Source of the DNA: Chrysomallon squamiferum
Lineage: Eukaryota; Animalia; Mollusca
Reading direction: 5' to 3'
Assembly: GCA_012295275.1 (NCBI GenBank)
Contig: CM022671.1
Location: 36,518,001-36,582,000 of the forward strand
DNA: 64,000 nt
Both the position numbers and the translations under genes were made by a program. The notes under the pieces were generated by a model that searched no databases, had not been told where the DNA came from, and worked only from the letters and a program-made list of their open reading frames with translations. Positions 49,496-64,000 of the stretch are shown here, in pieces (position 1 is the stretch's first letter; each line of letters begins with the position of its first letter).

Positions 49496-52032
49496 GATCA
49501 AGCTGAGCAGCTGTTTTTACTGTTTGTCATTTCACATTTGTTGTTTGTAAGGCAGGGTTGAAACAACATTTTCTAGGACAGGTTAAATATTTGAATTTTC
49601 TGATACTAACTGAAATATATTTACATATTTATTTACACATTCTAGTCAGAATAATTAGGTTTCAGTGCCTTACAGTTACAAAAAAAAAAAAAAAATGTTT
49701 ATGGAGATATTTTATTATTAATTTTCATATATTTTTATACAGTGTGATACCTAATGGCACTGTATAATATGTTTTTGTATGAAATAAAAATTTTGTTTAA
49801 AATCTACCACAAAGATAACATCAAATTGTTTATTCTACTATGACAAAAGATGTTTTTGAACTTAAATTAAGGGATGAACATTTCAAACTTGTTTTGATAC
49901 ACAGATATTTACTGAATGGTTAATAGTTTTAAGAAACAACAGCTTCATGCTGAAACCATTGTTAGCAGTGTGCAACAGTGTATGTAACATTTTAATAAAC
50001 ATTACATAAAAGAATTCAAATATTATTTTTCAAACAATACAGAAGTATCAAGCAGACATCACTAAGAAACACGTTTATAAAATTCATTATGTTAACTACT
50101 TTGTAGTAAAATATGCAGTAATCACTGACACAGCTAGCAATAATTCCACTGCATAATATATATCTACACACACACACACATATATATACATACATACATG
50201 GAATTCGATATAACAATTATTATTATTATTATTAAATATAACAATTTTACTTAAAATTAACTTATTTCTAAAAGAGGGATTTCAGGATGTAGAAATTTAA
50301 GACTGTCAATTGGTTACTTAAAAGAGAGTTATTTCCCATTAATAATTATTATTTATCATTACGGGAAATAACTCTGTTTTAAATAGCCTGTTAAGAGTTA
50401 TCTAAAATTCTAAAACAGTTTGAGTATCCCTAAACCTAAACCGAAACCTTTCGAGCAGCAGAAATAGTGAAATTATACAGCTTTCAGATTGCTTTGTATA
50501 CACAAACTTTATTTTATGCTCAAAATTATTAAAAATGGTACAAAAAATATCCTGTGCACTATTTGTATTGACTGTATATAAAATTTGCATGGAATTCGTA
50601 TTTAGACTTAGATCTATTCAGACTTTCTTCGTAAACACTTCCGGTTCCAAACATTTCGGATAAAGGATTTTCGACCTGTATATACTAAAAATCATTCTTC
50701 TTTGTCCCTCGCCCTCTTCAACCTTCAGCTTTTTTTTTTTTTTTTTTTGTGTACACAGGTTTATGTATTTTTTATTTATTATTTATCATTATTAATTTTT
50801 AATTTTTTTATTTATTTCTTTCTTTCTTTTATTATTATTATCTATTATTATTATTTTTTTTGACATGTTCCTTATTTGCATGCGGATTTTCAGTTTCAGT
50901 GCATACCTAAAAATGGGTATTTTTTTTTATTTTAATTTATTTTTTATTTTTTATTTCTAGTCCATACTTTTGTCCAAGCGGTCCCTAAAGAATATCGTAT
51001 TCATATTATTTATGCATATTTTTATCGTGTGCCCCCACCTTGGCATGAATAATAACCGTTTGAATGGTGACCGCGATACATTTCTATCTCACTGTTCATC
51101 TTTGTACAAAAACTTTACCTTTAACGTTAAAATATCTTGATGCGTAATTATTTTTTTTAATGTAATTTTTTTTTTCAATTCTTTTTAATTCCACATAAAA
51201 TTACCTTGAGATAAATAGAAATAAATAAAAATTCTGTGATACCTGAGTTAACACAAGGCTCTTATAAATGTGTGTGTGTGTGTGTGTGTGTAAACAATTG
51301 TAAACTCATCCATTGCTATTACCACTGTTACTACAGCTGTAACAACAACACGAAATAGTATTTAAAAGTTATGAGAAAATGATAATTCTTTGTGTATAAT
51401 TAAATATTTAAAATATTATTTAAAATTGTTTTCACCGGCACGTTATTGTGTTCAATGTTAGGTTAAAAACTAAGGACGATAATTCACATCGTTGTTGCGG
51501 ATTCCGCACAGCTTGTTAGTGAACAGGGCAAATGCTATATATATATATATATCAAAATTGAAAATGAATTATTTGATGATTTATGAACGTTTTTTAACGA
51601 TTACTTGACGTCAGACGTTTGAACTTTCAGAAGTATGAAGATGACAACTACGCGTCTCACGCAGGATGCTCGAATTACTGCCAGTCTGGAATGGACACGT
51701 CTGCCTACAATCTCTTCTCGTACAAAACAAAGTCACATTATTTTACAATAACCATTTTTTATAATATTTGTAAAAAAAACGATGGCACTTCAAAAATAAT
51801 GTGATTGAAATAGATTAATAAATAACTCAGACTAACTCTGGAGTTTCAGCAATTCGAAGAGACTCGACAACAGTTTGCGCTGTCGCATTTCTAACATTGG
51901 TTGTAGATCCATTTATTTATTTGCCTAGTAGTTGAATCAAACTCCGAATTTCATTAATGTTCATTAATGTTATTCATTAATGTTCTGAGCTGTGTATATA
52001 TTTATATTTTAACAAATAAAAAATAAAAAAAT

Positions 52033-52270
52033 GTCTACCAGACATGTGTACAAGTCTTTAATTTTGGTCTACCAGATTTTACAACCTCTCAGTATACATG
52101 TGTACACGTTTCTAATTTTGGTCTACCAGATTTTACAACCTCTCAGTATACATGTGTACACGTTTCTAATTTTCGTCTACCAGATTTTACAACCTCTCAG
52201 TATACATGTGTACACGTTTCTAATTTTCGTCTACCAGATTTTACAACCTCTCAGTATACATGTGTACAAG
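52033..52270. repeat. 63-bp tandem repeat (about 3.5 copies) upstream of the CA-related gene
   Basis: Unit gtctaccagattttacaacctctcagtatacatgtgtacacgtttctaatttt(g/c). Confidence 0.9.
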
Positions 52271-52900
52271 TTTATAGACGTGTTTGTAAGATGCGATGGA
52301 CAGAGGATTCGCTACCTCGGTACTGGTTATCCTGTTATACTGTTCCATGCACAGCTGAACACTGTGGCGTTTACGTTTATCGAGGTTTAATCCTTGAATC
52401 CACCGGCAAACCCTTTAGAACTGGCCTTATTGCTTACAGTTTGTTTTCTCCAGTTTTTATACAGCTAACAATGTGAAAAATAATTTTCAGAGAGAAAGAA
52501 AAAAACACCCCCAAAAACCCAATAATAATAATAAATAACAAAAAAACGATTGAACAGCAATTGCATATAATAAAGTACGCTTTTATTGTGACGTAAAAAT
52601 TATCAAATGAAAATCGTCTGCGAGCGAGATGAGTACACTGAGAATCAATACTGCAGTCAGTGGAGTATAACACAATTGTAAGACAGTGACATTCACTACA
52701 AAGCAAACTCGTGAAAACGCCAAATGGTTCCTTAAAAGAAATGCAATTTACGGAAGTGATGGAAGTGACAGTTGCCGGTCGAGAACTACGCTAGACTGGT
52801 GGCCGGAGGCGTGTTACAGTCAGTTAACGCTCTGCGCATGACTGTTTGCACAGAGCCGTGGATATAATAGTATTGACACACAGAAACAAAGCGCTAGAAA

Positions 52901-62301
<9,401 letters not shown>

Positions 62302-62895
62302 GTAACGTCACTTTGTTTTAACAATATCTAGTGAAAACGTAATAACTGAATCGTTCTGTAATTTAAAACATCTTGTCGCGAGAAATGTTACGCTGTTCAG
62401 ATTAATGATAACTGTGATGACGTGAAGGTTTAGCTTTGATGTACACTGAGCAACACGATAATTTGGTTCACACTGATTCGTGTACATGTTTTATGTAAAC
62501 AGATTAGGTCAGAGGTAAGCGGTGACAATGAAAGACTTGCTCCTCGGACCAGTGTCTTCCGTTTTTCACATTATTTACTTTAACATGTTCAACAGTTACT
62601 ATGGTAACAGTAACATTTGTCCCCCACCAGTCTCTTCTTCAGAGCTATTTAAAATATGAAATATGTCAACCTAAAACTGTCTGGGTATTTGGATATTAGC
62701 AGAAAATTTGTTAAAAAAAAAAAAAAAAAAGTCGTGATAGTGACTAAAACTTGCAAGTCACATCTAATCACATGGATGAAAAAAAAAAAAAAATCAATAC
62801 AAACCAAAATCTTGGATGAAACAGAGCAAGCTTTTTTTTTTTTTCAATTCATATTTCAAGCAACAACAACAACAACAACAATAATAATAATAATA

Positions 62896-62948
<53 letters not shown>

Positions 62949-64000
62949 TAATAACAACAACAATAATAATAATAATAATAAACACAAATCTTCGATTAAG
63001 AACAACAAGCTTGGTTTATCCTAAAAAAACAAAATGTAAGCAGAGAAAACAGAAAAATGGTGGACAAGCTGCAAAATCATTCTGATGTACGCGTAACGCT
63101 AGTAGTATAGTAGCTGTGATAGTTTAAATAAAACAGTCCCTCTTTAATAAACAAAATAAACAAGCAGTACTCCTGGAGTCCTGGCGATAACAACGCCACC
63201 AACAACAACAGCACGAGTCTGCCTGAGGAACGTATAAATAAAACTGTAATGATGAAAGGGAGGATTTCGTGTAATCTTTCTCCTGCCGAGCTGTTAAACA
63301 TGAGCTTTATGAACACGTCAGCCCAAATGGCGCCACCATCATCATTATCACGTCATAAAGGAAAAACGTCCACGACGATGTTTACAGCGGCTGAGTGGAT
63401 GTTGCAGAATTAGTGATGTGAAATATTGATCAGTTTTTAATTCGCAACGCTACATCATCAAAGTGGTGGATTATATAAGATTATCCCTAATAAGAATTTA
63501 ATGACGTCGGGTACGACGTGTATGATGTTTGGAAGTCACGCTGCTCACAGCATATATCATCGATTCAGATGCGATTGTTATTTTGTTGTTGTCGTTTCTG
63601 TTTATTCATACAGAACAAGCAATATGTTATGTTTAAGTATATTAAATCGCCATTTTTTATAGCCAAAATATTTAAATATATTACGTCATCATTTTTCATA
63701 ACTAATATATTCAAATGTATCTAAATCATCATTTTAATAACCAGTATAATTAATTATATCGTCCTTTTATAATCAGTATATTTAAACACATTACGGTATC
63801 ATATTAACGATTAATGTTCTGACAAAGGGAATTCCTCTATGAAAAGTGAAATAATGACTTGCCACAGTGCCTGCACAGAACAAGTAAATAAAATATGTGC
63901 TTCGTGTTTTGTACTTCATCTCTGACTACATCGTCAACGGATCAGATATCCGACTTTTCTAAACACGTAGACATTGATTTACAGCAGTTCATGACAATGA

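Noticed and set aside
50630-50765. ETS-like CACTTCCGG and a possible donor suggesting an extra promoter or gene between EOGT and the CA-related gene
   Set aside because: Single short motifs with no downstream coding exons identified.
52031-52476. 119-aa and 61-aa ORFs upstream of the CA-related gene
   Set aside because: The first is generated by the 63-bp tandem repeat. The second has no recognisable motif or supporting splice structure.

Overview
AT-rich, intron-rich eukaryotic (animal) genomic DNA with many micro- and minisatellites. It is probably a lophotrochozoan such as a mollusc; this is an inference from composition and gene content. Reading GT-AG exons by hand gives six genes. (1-2) Two tandem paralogs of a small single-pass Cys-rich/PPxY membrane protein of the CYYR1/WBP1/VOPP1/Shisa-like type; copy A is 5'-truncated by the window edge and copy B is complete at 6229-8639. 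(3) CLN3/battenin (+, 15 coding exons). (4) A TR2/TR4-type orphan nuclear receptor NR2C (-), with an apparent frameshift in its last exon. (5) EOGT (+, 16 coding exons, ending in KDEL). (6) The 5' part of an acatalytic carbonic-anhydrase-related gene of CA10/11 type. Mobile DNA includes a solo LTR with a 4-bp TSD whose empty site is visible in the paralog, a decayed SGNH-bearing Penelope-like fragment at the duplication junction, and single ends of Tigger-like and hAT-like elements. The most striking unexplained pattern is that many intronic tandem repeats start exactly across an exon boundary, copying the exon end plus splice site into arrays of cryptic sites. Other highlights are an in-frame 57-nt cassette-exon candidate in the NR2C T-box, a DR1 cluster in the NR2C promoter/first intron, and a strand-specific hairpin-H-hairpin-ACA-like intronic structure. 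Most ORFs in the supplied track are repeat-derived artefacts.
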